Source of the DNA: an uncultured Acidobacteriota bacterium
GTDB taxonomy: Bacteria; Actinomycetota; Acidimicrobiia; Spongiisociales; ZC4RG35
Assembly: GCA_963828465.1 (NCBI GenBank)
Contig: CAWHEU010000018.1
Span: 96,001-160,000 of the forward strand
Direction: 5' to 3'
Length of the DNA stretch: 64,000 nucleotides
In this document: one piece after another, positions 49,693 to 61,200 of the stretch
How the letters are laid out: every line of letters begins with the position of its first letter
Position numbering within the stretch: the first letter of the stretch is position 1
Notes under the pieces: generated by a model
Seen by the model: only the letters and a program-made list of their open reading frames with translations
What the model was told of the DNA's origin: nothing
The model's database searches: none
Position numbers and translations under genes: made by a program

Positions 49693-51786
49693 ATGACTGG
49701 CTATGCGCGGGACGCGACCAGACCTTTCTCACCGACCTGATCGGGCCCGAAGACCAGGCGATCGAGGCTGTGGTGAGCCGCTATCGAGCGCGTCGCCCCG
49801 GCCGTCACCCGCTTCGCCAGGACGCTATCCAACAACCCGAATCTGCGGGTTCGACTGGGCTCCGAGGCGGCGGCGTCGGCCGACGAAGTGGTCTGCGATC
49901 CGCGGATCTTCCAGGCGGCATACCACCGCAACGCCCCGGTCACCCCCGATGAGGTGGCCATCGCCTCCGCCCTCCACGAGGTGATGCACCTCGTTTCCAC
50001 CAACCTCGACGAGGTGAGGGAGATACCCGACGGCTGGCCGGTCGAGGGTGAATTGGCTCCCGAAGCCAAGGTCGACCTGCTCACCGCCCTCGAGCGGACG
50101 AACAAGCCTGTGGCCGAAGTCCTCTTCTTCTCCCTCGAAGACGCCCGGCAGGAAGCACAGGGTCTCGCTGCCTATCCCGGTGCGCGATCAGTCCTCGCCG
50201 ACCTGTACATGTCGTCCCTCAGCCAGGCGATCTCGCGTTCGGGGGCTTTGAGCCAGTTCGTACTCGGATGCTTTCTCCTCACCGGCGGTTACATCGAACG
50301 CGAGGTCCTGGAGAAGCGGTTCGAGTCACGCGCCACTGCGGCGATCGACGACGCCAGCCATCATTGCGAGACGGCCGCGGATTCGGATGATCCGTGGGAG
50401 GTGGCGCAGCTTGCACTGGAGTTGGAAGCCATCGCACGCGCCCATGGCCTGATCACCGAAGTCCAGGCCAACGACACGCACGCCAAGCAACAACACGCCG
50501 CTCAGGCGGACGCCGAGAAGGCCAAGGACGGGGTGGATGCCGTGCGCATGACCTCGCCGATCCTCAACGACGCCGACTCCTACCAGGACACCAGACGATC
50601 GAGCGAGGCCCGCTCCGGGATGTCCGATCGGAAGGGTGCCTCCGACATCGCCGACGAGGAGTCGACCGATCAGCTGCTCCGGGTCAGTCAGGCGCCTGAC
50701 ATCTTCCTCCCGACCGGTCAGGGCGGAAAGCTGGTCGTGGGGCCGATCCCGTCGTCATTCGCTCGTTTCTCCAATGAGGGGTCGGAGTCATTGGTCCGGA
50801 TGGCGCAGCGCTGGGGCATCGCGCAGCGTCGCGTCTCCGGGGAGTTGTTCCCGCTCTTCGCCGCCAACCAGAGGCGTGGGCTCCGCTCCGGCTTCGACCA
50901 GGGTGACGTGTCCCCACACGCAGCTCTCTTCATCGGGGCCGGGCTCTATCAGCGCCTCTACGAGCGGAGAGCGGCTCGCACCAGACGGACCTACGCCGTC
51001 TCGCTGCTCGTCGACGCGTCGGCCTCGATGCTCAGTCCGGGTAAAGCGGGAAGCTCGTGGGCGATGCCGGCGGCCATGCTCGGTGCCTGGACCATGGCCA
51101 GGCTTTGCGACGAGCTGCAGATCGACTTCGAGGTCGCTCTTTTCAATCGCGGCTTTGCCGCACGACCCGATGACACCGAGGACACCTACCGGCGGAAGAG
51201 ATCGGCGGCCACGGCCGGCCTTCGACGGACCCAGGGCACGGCTGCCGACCGTCTCACGTCGACTGTGAACCACTACGTCGTCAAGCCGTTCGAGCGCCGC
51301 TGGCGAGACGCCGAGCCCACTCTGGCCGGCCTCTTCTACACAGCGGCTGAGCCGAAATCAGCGGCCACGCTGGCCCGCCGGGATCCCAAGACGGCACCAC
51401 CGGTGTCCCTGTTCGAGAAGGCGGCCAATGTGGACGAGTTCAACATCATCCATGCCGCCGAGCGCATGGCGAGGCTCGGTGCCCAGGTGCGTGTGCTCAT
51501 GGTGCTTGCCGACGGGATGACCCGAGGATCGCTCGAGGCGTTGGCGAAGTCGGTGGCAGCCGTCGAGGCAAGCGGCACCACTGTGATCGGAATCGGGATC
51601 GGGGACCACACCGTGGACGAGGCATACCGTCGTCACGAGGTGGTGTCCCAACCGGAGGACCTGACCCAAGCGATGATCAACGGAACCAGAAACGCCCTGC
51701 GCCGGAGTCTGGCCCTGTGGGGGATGGACACATGGTGGCTCAGGGCATCAGAGGTCAAGACATACCAGGAGACGGCTGTTGCCTAA
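49693..51786 (+). CDS. vWA-domain protein with N-terminal HExxH (CobT/NorD-like architecture); 5' end frameshifted
   Basis: ALHEVMHL, LEDARQE, MIDAS LLVDASASM, LMVLADG, VIGIGIG. Coding-like sequence continues 5' of GTG 49888 through indels near 49708 and 49776. Confidence 0.75.
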
Positions 51787-52768
51787 GAAAGTCATCTTTG
51801 AAGACCCTGCCGGCGAAGGGCCGGCCATCACACTCGAGCGATTCGAGATTCCCGACGACGTGCCAGACACCGAGCTGAGGCATCGCAAGGTCCCCGAGCC
51901 AGACCCTCACTACGTCGATCTGGGAATGCTCTACCGGTTCGCCCAATTGGAGCACGCCCGCGTGTCGGGAGCGGAAGGTCTCGTGCCGCTTCATGTAGCG
52001 GTGCGCGGCCACATGGGGACGGGGAAAGACCACGACATCGAGCAGTTCGCTGCCGCCATGGGCCTCCCCTATTTTCGAATCCCACTCACCGGTGAGGTGC
52101 GCGATGTCACGCTCATCGGATCAACCCGACTGCATGGTGACGGGAAGGGAGGCACCGAGAGCCGCTGGGAGGATGGGGACATCACCCGAGCCTTGCGCGG
52201 CCCCTCCCTGCTCAACCTGTCGGAGCTGAATGCCGCCGGGGCGGAGACCTTGTTCGCCCTCCACGGCTTGCTCGATCGCTACTCGTCCCTCGACCTGCCT
52301 ACGGGGGAAACGGTGCGTCTGCGCCCTGATGTTCGGATCTTCGGGACCATGAACCCGACCGACCTACGCGACTACGCAGGGACCCAGACGCTGAACAAGG
52401 CGTTCGCCGATCGATGGGTCATCTGGGAGAAGAACTTCCCCGGCGGAGACCAGGTCGAGGCCATGCTCACCCGCAGGTACCCACGCTTGAAAGAGGAGTA
52501 CGTGACGGCCATCGCACGTCTCGCGGTCGAGGTGAACGCCTCATTCGAGGCCCAGGATTCGGGGGTCAGGGTGGAGACGCCGCTATCGCTGCGATCCGTG
52601 CTCGATCGGCTCCCCACTGGTTTGGTGGTTCATTCCGACCGCCCCGATCCCCTCCGCCAGGCATGGGAGGAGTACGTGCTCCCCCATGTCGACCTGTTCG
52701 ACCGGGACCACTACGAGACGGTTTGGAACGCCGTGGTGCGGAAAGGCCCGGCCGTCAAGCCGTTCTGA
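51779..52768 (+). CDS. AAA+ ATPase, MoxR superfamily (CobS/CbbQ/NorQ-like)
   Basis: GHMGTGKD, WEDG.IT.A, LNLSELN, GTMNP, YAGTQTLNKAFADRW, SLR; overlaps the vWA gene stop. Confidence 0.85.
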   Translation: MPKKVIFEDPAGEGPAITLERFEIPDDVPDTELRHRKVPEPDPHYVDLGMLYRFAQLEHARVSGAEGLVPLHVAVRGHMGTGKDHDIEQFAAAMGLPYFRIPLTGEVRDVTLIGSTRLHGDGKGGTESRWEDGDITRALRGPSLLNLSELNAAGAETLFALHGLLDRYSSLDLPTGETVRLRPDVRIFGTMNPTDLRDYAGTQTLNKAFADRWVIWEKNFPGGDQVEAMLTRRYPRLKEEYVTAIARLAVEVNASFEAQDSGVRVETPLSLRSVLDRLPTGLVVHSDRPDPLRQAWEEYVLPHVDLFDRDHYETVWNAVVRKGPAVKPF

Positions 52769-52802
52769 CGCCCATATCCGCTATCTGAGTACCGTCGGTG
52801 TC

Positions 52803-53885
52803 ATGCCTTACGACCTGGGCAACCCGGAGCTAGATGCCAGGCTCGTCGAGCTCGTGTCGGCGGCCACGACCACGCCCCACCCCGACCTCATCAACGAGAT
52901 GATCGTCACCGCGATCAAACTGGGAAGGGACGGCGCCTCCCGGGCAGACCTGAAGTTGATCAACACCGCCCTCAAGGAGATGCGGTACTCCAATCTCGTC
53001 TTCGCCCGGCACAAAGAGCCGAAAGTGACCATCTATGGATCGGCCCGGATCAAGGAGGGCGACCCCAACTTCGCCCTGACCGAGGAATTCGCCTCGATCA
53101 TGGCCAACAGCGGGTGGGGCATCATCACCGGGGCAGGCCCCGGGATCATGGAGGCGGGTAGCCGCGGCGCCGGCATCGACCACGCCTACGGCGTGAACAT
53201 CCGTCTTCCCTTCGAGGATGAGGTGCCGAAACACATCGCTCCCGAGCGAACGGTCAACTTCAAGTACTTCTTCACCCGCAAGCTCGGCTTTGTGAAGGAA
53301 GCACACGCCTTCATCCTGCTTCCCGGCGGATGGGGCACGCTCGACGAGACCTTCGAGCTGCTCACGCTGGTCCAGACCGGCAAGAGCGATCTACACCCGG
53401 TGGTCTTGCTCGAAGCGGAAGGGACCGGTTACTGGGAGCCCATGATCGAGTTCATCCAGGAGCAGCAGCTTGCCCGGGGACTCATCAGCGAGTCGGACAT
53501 GGCCCTGTTCTTCCGGACGACGGATGCCCAGGCGGCCGCAGAGCACATGTGGCATTTCTACGGCAACTACCACTCCTCCCGCTACTCGGGAGGGAGGCTC
53601 GTCCTGAGACTCAACGAAGAGCCGTCGAACGAGACGATCGAGAAGCTCAACGAGGACTTCGCAGACATCGTGGTCGATGGCCGGATCGAGAAGGTGGCGC
53701 CCAGCGCGGCTGAGTTGGAGGACACAGACGCCCTCCACCTGCATCGCATCGCTTTCGTGTTCGACCGGCGCCATTTCGGGCGTCTGCGGATGATGATCGA
53801 CGCCCTCAACGACCTAGTTGTCGCCCCGAAACCCTCCCATTTGCCCGAGCCAATGACCGAAGAGCACGCAGAAAGACCCTGGTAA
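52803..53885 (+). CDS. LOG-family (nucleotide phosphoribohydrolase-like) protein
   Basis: YGSAR, TGAGPGIMEAG, FKYFFTRK, PGGWGTLDE. Confidence 0.9.
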   Translation: MPYDLGNPELDARLVELVSAATTTPHPDLINEMIVTAIKLGRDGASRADLKLINTALKEMRYSNLVFARHKEPKVTIYGSARIKEGDPNFALTEEFASIMANSGWGIITGAGPGIMEAGSRGAGIDHAYGVNIRLPFEDEVPKHIAPERTVNFKYFFTRKLGFVKEAHAFILLPGGWGTLDETFELLTLVQTGKSDLHPVVLLEAEGTGYWEPMIEFIQEQQLARGLISESDMALFFRTTDAQAAAEHMWHFYGNYHSSRYSGGRLVLRLNEEPSNETIEKLNEDFADIVVDGRIEKVAPSAAELEDTDALHLHRIAFVFDRRHFGRLRMMIDALNDLVVAPKPSHLPEPMTEEHAERPW

Positions 53886-53935
53886 TGCATGGTTTGGCCT
53901 GGGATTAAAAACGGGCCTCCGGCTACAATTGGGAC

Positions 53936-54667
53936 GTGCGCGACATCCTTTCGGACCTGGTAGCCGAGCAGCAGTTCCTCGATCAGTCCCTCCAGAGGAT
54001 CCCCATCAAGATCTGGGACATGGTCACGCCGTCCAAGCCATGGACGGTTCGGGACACGATCGCCCATCTCGCCGACTACGAGGAGCTGGCCGCCGACACC
54101 ATCGCCGGCGGCAAAATGCTGAAGCGCTGGCAGAACGCTCCCAATCTCGGCCCGCTCCGCGCCGAGGCGATCAAGAAGGGCCGAGGCATGCGCCCTCAGG
54201 ACGTGATCGAATGGTGGCGCGGCGGTAGGGCCAAAGTCGTCGAGCCCCTCTCCCACATGGAGGCCGAGGACAGGATCGAGTGGATCGAGGGCGACATGAG
54301 CGCCCGCACCTTCGCCACCTTCAGGCTCATGGAGACCTGGATGCACGGTCTCGACATCTACGCGACTCTCGGGATCGAGGTAGAGGACACCGCCCGGATC
54401 CGTCACGTCTGCTGGCTGGGATGGAAGACCCTTCCCCACGCCTTCAAGCACGCAGGCGAGGATTACGAGCCGGTCCGGGTCGAGGTGATCGGCCCCGGCT
54501 ATGCCAAATGGGTGTACGGCCCGGAGGACACCGATGAGTTGATCAAGGGCTCGGCGTCGGATTGGGCCCGGATCGCAGTGCGGAGGATCAAGCCGCGGGA
54601 GACCAGCCTCAAAGTCTCCGGCGAATACGCCGAGAAAGCGATGCAGGTAGCCAGGGCATACCTTTGA
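53936..54667 (+). CDS. mycothiol-dependent maleylpyruvate-isomerase-family (DinB-like) enzyme
   Basis: WTVRDTIAHLA, RLMETWMHGLDI. Confidence 0.85.
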   Translation: MRDILSDLVAEQQFLDQSLQRIPIKIWDMVTPSKPWTVRDTIAHLADYEELAADTIAGGKMLKRWQNAPNLGPLRAEAIKKGRGMRPQDVIEWWRGGRAKVVEPLSHMEAEDRIEWIEGDMSARTFATFRLMETWMHGLDIYATLGIEVEDTARIRHVCWLGWKTLPHAFKHAGEDYEPVRVEVIGPGYAKWVYGPEDTDELIKGSASDWARIAVRRIKPRETSLKVSGEYAEKAMQVARAYL

Positions 54668-55455
54668 GCCCGATCCCCCGTCTCGTGGGGATGATCCATC
54701 TTCTCCCGCTTCCTGGCTCACCCGGGTTCAGGGGATCAATCGACGAAGTGCTCGAGACCGCCGTGGCCGATGCCGGGAAACTGGCCGGCGCCGGGTTCCC
54801 CGCCCTGCTCATCGAGAATTTCGGTGACGCCCCTTTTCACGCGGACAGATCCGACCCGGAGACGGTCGCCGCCATGACCTTGGCAGCGCGGGTGGTGAGT
54901 GATGCCACTTCCCTCCCCTTTGGCGTCAATGTGCTGCGCAACGATGCCCTCACTGCACTTGGAGTCGCCGCGGTAACTGGAGCCGCGTTCATCCGGGTGA
55001 ATGTGCTCACCGGGGTCATGTACACCGATCAGGGCCCCATCGTCGGCCGTGCCGACGAATTGGCCCGACGCCGCGCTGCCCTGGCTCCGGAGGTGGAGAT
55101 CTGGGCCGATGTGCTGGTGAAACACGCCACTCCCCCGCCCGGTCTCGACATCAGGCAGGCGGCCGAGGACACGGTGATCCGTGGCCTTGCCGACGCAGTG
55201 ATCGTCTCCGGCGCCGGGACCGGGCTGGAGCCAGATTTGCAAGAGGCCGGGCTCGCCCGATCGGTGATACCCAAGGGCACCCGACTGGTCATCGGGTCGG
55301 GCGCGGAAGTCGGGAACCTCGCTCAGCTCGTCGAGATCGCCGACTCCGTCATCGTGGGCTCATCGCTCAAAGCCGACGGCAAGGCCAGCTCACCGCTGGA
55401 CATGTCCCGGGTCACGACCTTCGTCGAGGCGGCCCGGCACCACGGCCTGGCCTGA
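54664..55455 (+). CDS. BtpA/SgcQ family protein
   Basis: GMIHLLPLPGSP, ENFGDAPF, GVNVLRND, ADVLVKH, IVSG.GTG. Confidence 0.9.
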   Translation: MSPIPRLVGMIHLLPLPGSPGFRGSIDEVLETAVADAGKLAGAGFPALLIENFGDAPFHADRSDPETVAAMTLAARVVSDATSLPFGVNVLRNDALTALGVAAVTGAAFIRVNVLTGVMYTDQGPIVGRADELARRRAALAPEVEIWADVLVKHATPPPGLDIRQAAEDTVIRGLADAVIVSGAGTGLEPDLQEAGLARSVIPKGTRLVIGSGAEVGNLAQLVEIADSVIVGSSLKADGKASSPLDMSRVTTFVEAARHHGLA

Positions 55456-55456
55456 C

Positions 55457-55939
55457 CTAGATCGGCCTCCGCCGTCGGGACGAGATCACACCGGTGTTGA
55501 AGCCGGCCAGATGCAGACTGCCCGAGAATCGGGCATGTTCGATCTTTAGACAGCGATCCTGGACCACCTGGAGCCCGGCGGCGCTGGCCTTGGCGGCAGC
55601 CTCGTCGTGTCGGAGCCCCAACTGGAACCAGACCACCTTGGCCCCGATCGCGATCGCCTCATCGACGACGTTCGGCAACTCGTCGTGCCGACGAAAGACA
55701 TCGACGATGTCGGGGACCACGGGAAGGTCAGCCAGCGACGGATAGCTCTTGAGCCCGAGGACCTCGTCGTACATCGGGTTCACCGGGTACATCTCGAGAT
55801 CGGTTCGGACCAGATAGGTGGCGACGAAGTTGGACGAGCGCAAGATGTTGGCCGACACGCCCACCAGGGCCACGGTCCGCGCTGTTTGGATGATTTGGAG
55901 ACGCTCCAGCGCGCTCGCCTCGTGGAGGACGGTGGTCAT
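55457..55939 (-). CDS. CoA-binding domain protein (YccU-like)
   Basis: VALVGVS, YPVNP, DIVDVFR, WFQLG, DRCLKIEH. Confidence 0.9.
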   Translation of the reverse strand: MTTVLHEASALERLQIIQTARTVALVGVSANILRSSNFVATYLVRTDLEMYPVNPMYDEVLGLKSYPSLADLPVVPDIVDVFRRHDELPNVVDEAIAIGAKVVWFQLGLRHDEAAAKASAAGLQVVQDRCLKIEHARFSGSLHLAGFNTGVISSRRRRPI

Positions 55940-57222
55940 TCCCCTTCCCCTTCCAGAGCCTGGCCAAGGTCCCAGAGGATGTCGTCGACATTCTCCAACC
56001 CGACAGAGATCCGGATCATCTCGTCACCGACACCGGCCGCACGCCGCTCCTCCACCGGCACCTGCTGGTGGGTGGTGCTGGCAGGATGGATCACGAGTGT
56101 CTTGGCATCCCCGACATTGGCGAGATGGGAGGCCAGCTCGACCCTGGCGATGAACTCGGCGGCCTGGTCGAAGCCGCCCTTCACCCCGAACGTGAACACC
56201 GCGCCAGGGCCTTCCGGGACGTACTTGTTCGCAAGGTCGGTCCATGGGTTGTTGGGGAAGATCGGGTAGCGGACCCATGCCACGTCGGGGTGCTCGGAGA
56301 GGAACTCTGCGACCCTCCGTGCGTTCTCGGTGTGCCGGGCCATGCGCAGAGAGAGTGTCTCCAGCCCAAGCAGGAGCAAGAACGAGTTGAACGGCGAGAT
56401 CGCGGCGCCGATGTCGCGGAGGCTCTCCACCCGTGCCTTCATCAGAAAGGCGTACTCCCGGAAGTTCTCCCAGAACATGAGGTCGTGATAGGCAGGTGAT
56501 GGCTCTGTGATTCCGGGGAAGTTTCCGTTGTCGTATGGGAAGAGGCCCGATTCGACGATCACCCCGGCGATGGCGACGCCATGGCCGCCGATGAACTTGG
56601 TGGCCGAATGGACCACGATGTCCGCCCCGTGCTCGATCGGCCGGCACAGATACGGAGTGGCGAAGGTGTTGTCGACGATCAGCGGTATCCCGTTGTCGTG
56701 AGCGATATCGGCGATGGCGCTGATGTCGAGGATGTCGGCTGCCGGATTCCCGATGGTCTCGCCGTAGAGGGCCTTGGTCTTGGGTGTTATCGCATCCTTG
56801 ACCGCGCCGTGATCCGAGATGTCGACGAATGTGACATTGATCCCCATGCGGCGCAGCGTGACGTCGAACTGGGTGAAGGTGCCGCCGTAGAGTGATCGGG
56901 AGGCCACGATCTCATCTCCGGCGTTACACAGGGTGAAAATCGAGATCAGTTGCGCTGCCTGGCCGGATGACGTGGCCAGGGCTCCCAATCCCCCTTCCAG
57001 CGAGGCCATCCTCTCTTCGAAAGCCGCGGTGGTGGGGTTGCCGATCCGTGTGTAGATGTTGCCGAAGTTCTGCAGGGCGAACAGGTCGGCGGCTTGCTGG
57101 GCATCCTCGAACACGAACGAGGTTGTGGCATAGATGGGCATCGCCCTGGCCCCGGTCTCGGGGTCCGGTCGCTGCCCGGCGTGGATCTGACGGGTATCGA
57201 ACCCGAAATCTCGATCTCTCAT
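55936..57222 (-). CDS. metY: O-acetylhomoserine sulfhydrylase
   Basis: [25 protein letters not shown] (PLP Lys), [20 protein letters not shown]. Confidence 0.93.
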   Translation of the reverse strand: MRDRDFGFDTRQIHAGQRPDPETGARAMPIYATTSFVFEDAQQAADLFALQNFGNIYTRIGNPTTAAFEERMASLEGGLGALATSSGQAAQLISIFTLCNAGDEIVASRSLYGGTFTQFDVTLRRMGINVTFVDISDHGAVKDAITPKTKALYGETIGNPAADILDISAIADIAHDNGIPLIVDNTFATPYLCRPIEHGADIVVHSATKFIGGHGVAIAGVIVESGLFPYDNGNFPGITEPSPAYHDLMFWENFREYAFLMKARVESLRDIGAAISPFNSFLLLLGLETLSLRMARHTENARRVAEFLSEHPDVAWVRYPIFPNNPWTDLANKYVPEGPGAVFTFGVKGGFDQAAEFIARVELASHLANVGDAKTLVIHPASTTHQQVPVEERRAAGVGDEMIRISVGLENVDDILWDLGQALEGEGE

Positions 57223-57284
57223 GACGGTTTCTCCTGTCTCTACGCGCTCTTCCGAGCACCGTGACGGATAGCCGTCCTCGGCCA

Positions 57285-57363
57285 CTCATCGTTCAGGCAT
57301 TGGCACCGTTCGAGTCGGTTGCCGCGGTTTCGCAGGGCCTGTCCCTCCACCGCTCTTGATGAG
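57285..57363 (-). ncRNA. SAM riboswitch (SAM-I clan)
   Basis: CUCAUCAAGAG...GGAGGGACAGGCCC..GAAACC..GGCAACC...GGUGCCAA...GAUGAG in the metY leader. Confidence 0.92.
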
Positions 57364-57527
57364 CGCGTCTTTCGCTTGGACCGAAAGTTAGCGAAACGCG
57401 GCATCTGGCTCCAACTCTGGGATGGCCGGCGGCAGCGCTAGTCCATATTGGCGACGGCATATAGTCCATTCGGCCCATACCCCAGTCTGCGACCTCCAAC
57501 CAGACTTCCCCATCGGGTGATTTCGTA

Positions 57528-58103
57528 ATGCGGGAACTTCCAAGAGACATATTGATCGAGGTCATGGAGGACGTGATCGAGGACCTGCACGGTCACGTGC
57601 ACCGGGTCTCCGATCTCGCCGTGAACCTCGGCATCGGCATCGGGCTCGGCGAAATCGAACTCGACCGCCTTGCCCTGGCCGGGGTACTGCACGACGTGGG
57701 CAAGATCCACCTCGATCCCGGCATCCTCGGCAAGCCGGGCCCGCTCGATTCCACCGAGCGGGAGCTGATGAACCGTCATCCCGAGCTCGGTTTCGCCATG
57801 ACACGCAATCGTCTCGACCCCAAGGTCGCCGAGGCGATCCTCTATCACCACGAGCGTTACGACGGCCGTGGTTACCCCTTCGGCCTCGGTGGCGAGGAGA
57901 TCCCGATCCTGAGCCGGATCATCCTCGTTGCCGACGCATTCGACGCGATGACGTCGACCCGCTCCTATCAGAGTGCCCTCCCCGTCGAGTTTGCGGTGAA
58001 TGAAATCCGCAAGCACGCCGGGACCCAGTTCGACCCGCACGTGGTCGATCTCTTCCTCGAGCTGGCCGCCATCAACCGGCTGCCACTCGAACTCTCTGCC
58101 TGA
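57528..58103 (+). CDS. stand-alone HD-GYP domain protein (cyclic dinucleotide phosphodiesterase)
   Basis: LHDVGKI, HHERYDGRGYP, ADAFDAMTS.RSY, GTQFDP. Confidence 0.92.
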   Translation: MRELPRDILIEVMEDVIEDLHGHVHRVSDLAVNLGIGIGLGEIELDRLALAGVLHDVGKIHLDPGILGKPGPLDSTERELMNRHPELGFAMTRNRLDPKVAEAILYHHERYDGRGYPFGLGGEEIPILSRIILVADAFDAMTSTRSYQSALPVEFAVNEIRKHAGTQFDPHVVDLFLELAAINRLPLELSA

Positions 58104-58207
58104 TCCCGCTCGATCTCCTCGAAATTGGGACGGAGAGTTGTCACATGCGGGAATGTGGCTCCCAATCACGGACAATTGTTGTCCTGGACCTCTGATACCT
58201 TCCCGAT

Positions 58208-61200
58208 GTGGACCCGCTCGGCGCCTTCACCCCGGCAACCCGCACTTGGTTCGAGGCCTCGTTCAACGAGCCAACCCGAGCCCAGGCCCTGGGCTGGCCC
58301 GCCATCGCCGACGGCCATCACACGCTGATCCATGCCCCCACCGGGTCCGGCAAGACACTGGCCGCTTTCCTCTGGACACTCGACAAACTGCTGACCGAGC
58401 CCCAGCCCGAGAAGGCCAGTCGATGCCGCGTGCTCTACATCTCGCCCCTGAAGGCCTTGGCCCATGACGTCGAGCGCAATCTCAGAGCGCCATTGGCCGG
58501 GATTCGCCACGCCTCGAGCCGCATCGGTGGCCCGACCTTGCCCACAGTCGACACCTTCATCCGCACCGGTGACACGCCATCCGACGCCCGACAGCGGATG
58601 CGACGAAACCCGCCCGACATCCTGATAACCACACCCGAATCGCTCTATCTCATCCTCACGTCTGCGGCCCGGGAGATACTGCGCAGCGTACGTTGGGTGA
58701 TCGTCGACGAAGTGCACACGGTGGCGGGCAGCAAGCGAGGGGCGCACCTCTCGCTCTCACTCGAGCGTCTGGAGGAGGTCACCGATGTCCCGCCACAGCG
58801 GATCGGCCTCTCGGCAACGCAGCGCCCTCTCGAGGACATCGGGCGGTTCCTCGGCGGCGGGACCCTCGACGACGACGGGACCTGGGTGCCACGGCCAGTC
58901 CGTCTCATAGATGTGCCACATGACCGGGACCTGGACATCCAGATAGTGGTCCCGGTAGAGGACATGAATGAACCGGGCGAACCCGATCCCCTCGACCCTG
59001 ATCAGCGGTCGACCCGCTCCATCTGGCCGGCCGTCTACCCCCGGTTGCTCGAGCAGATCCAGGCCCATCGCAGCACGATCGTGTTCGCCAATTCGCGTCG
59101 CCTTGCGGAGCGACTTTGCTCCGAGATCAACAACCTGGCGGGCGAGGAAGTGGCCAAGGCCCATCACGGATCGGTATCCCGCGAGCAGAGGCTCCTCACC
59201 GAGGAGGCGTTGAAGCGGGGCGATCTCCGAGCGGTGGTCGCCACTTCGTCACTCGAGCTCGGCATCGACATGGGTGCGGTGGACCTGGTGCTCCAGGTCG
59301 AGGCGCCGACCTCCGTCGCCTCCGGACTGCAGAGGGTGGGCCGCTCGGGCCATCAGGTCGGCGGGGTGTCCAAGGCACGAATCTTCCCCAAATACCGGGG
59401 CGATCTCCTGGTTTCGGCCGTCGTCGCCAATCAGATGCTGGAGCGACAGGTCGAGACCACGAAGATCCCGGCCAACCCCCTCGATGTCCTCTCCCAGCAA
59501 CTCGTCGCGAGGGTGGTGGCCGGACCGGCCAGCGCCGACGATCTCTACGAGATGGCGACCAGGGCGGCGCCGTACTCGGGGCTGAGCCGGGCCGTCTTCG
59601 ACGAGACGCTGGACATGCTGGCCGGGCGCTATCCCTCGGATCTATTCGCAGAGCTGAGACCCCGGATCAACTGGGATCGGGTGACAGGCGAGGTGACGGC
59701 TCGGCCCGGGTCGCTGCAACTGGCCGTCACCAACGCAGGCACCATCCCCGACCGAGGTTTGTTCCGCGTCACGCTCCCTGATGGGAGTCGGGTCGGAGAA
59801 CTCGACGAGGAGATGGTCTATGAGTCGCGGGAGGGAGACGTCTTCCTGCTCGGCAGCACCGCCTGGCGGATCTCACAGATCGGCCACGATCGGGTCGAGG
59901 TCGTGCCGGCGCCCGCCGAAGGCGCGGCCCGCATGCCGTTCTGGCATGGCGACTCGATGGGGCGGTCGATAGAGACCGGCAGAGCGGTCGGTGCCTTCGT
60001 CCGCGAGACGGGACGTCTCGACCCGGAGGAAGCGCACGAGGACCTCATGACCCGCTTTCACCTGGACGACCTGGCGGCGAGGAATCTCGTTGGGTATCTC
60101 ACTGAGGAACGGGAGGCGACCGGGGTGTTGCCCACCGACCAGACCCTTGTCGTCGAGCGGTTCCGTGACGAGATCGGGGACTGGAGACTCGTCCTGCTCT
60201 CGCCGTTGGGCGCCCGGATCCACGCCCCGTGGGCGATGGCCCTGCGTCATCGGTTCCGCGACCGCTACGGAGTCGACGTCGACGCCATCTGGTCCGATGA
60301 TGGCATCGCGTTCCGGTTCCCCGATGCGGACAACCCCCCCGGCCCTGAGGATCTCCTGCTCGATCCCGAAGACGTCGAGGCTTTGCTCCTCGAGCACCTC
60401 GGTGACACGGCGTTGTTCGCCGCCCGATTCCGTGAGGCGGCCGGGCGCTCTCTGCTGCTGCCCCGGCGTCGTCCCGGCGAGAGGACACCGCTCTGGCTGC
60501 AGCGCCGCCGATCGGCCGACCTGCTCGGCGTCGCCAAGCAATTCGGCTCCTTTCCGATCATGCTCGAGGTGTACAGGGAGATCCTCCAGGACGACTTCGA
60601 CTTGCCCTCGTTGATCGAGGTCCTGACCGACATACGGGCACGCCGCATCAGGATCGCATCGGTCGATCTCGACTCTCCGAGCCCGTTCGCCTCATCGCTG
60701 CTCTTCTCGTTCATCGCAGCGTTCCTCTACGAGGCCGACGCCCCTCTGGCCGAACGTCGGGCGGCGGCCATGACGCTCGATCGGGACCTGCTCCGTGAGC
60801 TGCTCGGTGAGGGGGAGCTCCGCGAGCTGATCGACCCCGAGGTGGTTGCCGCCGTTGAACTCGAATTGCAATACCTGACCGAGCGCAGGCGAGTCAAGAG
60901 AGCCGACGGGGTCCACGACATGCTGAGGGACCTCGGCCCGCTCACCGTCCAGGATCTCGAGGTGCGGACTGACGGGCTGGATATCCCGTCGGTGCTCAGT
61001 GAGCTCACCGGCCAGAGAAGGATCGTCGAGATCACCCACGGTGGGGTCACCCGATGGGCCGCGGTCGAGGACGTTTCGAGGCTGCGTGATGCCCTCGGGG
61101 TCCAGCCACCTGCCGGCATCCCCCATGTGTTCCTCGAGCCGGTCGATAATCCGCTGGGCGATGTGGTCGGCCGGTATGCCCGAACCCACGGCCCATTCAC

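Noticed and set aside
49774-49776. In-frame TGA upstream of the vWA ORF as a second selenocysteine
   Set aside because: Not in a Cys/redox motif. The protein-like upstream sequence is in a different frame, indicating an inserted base.
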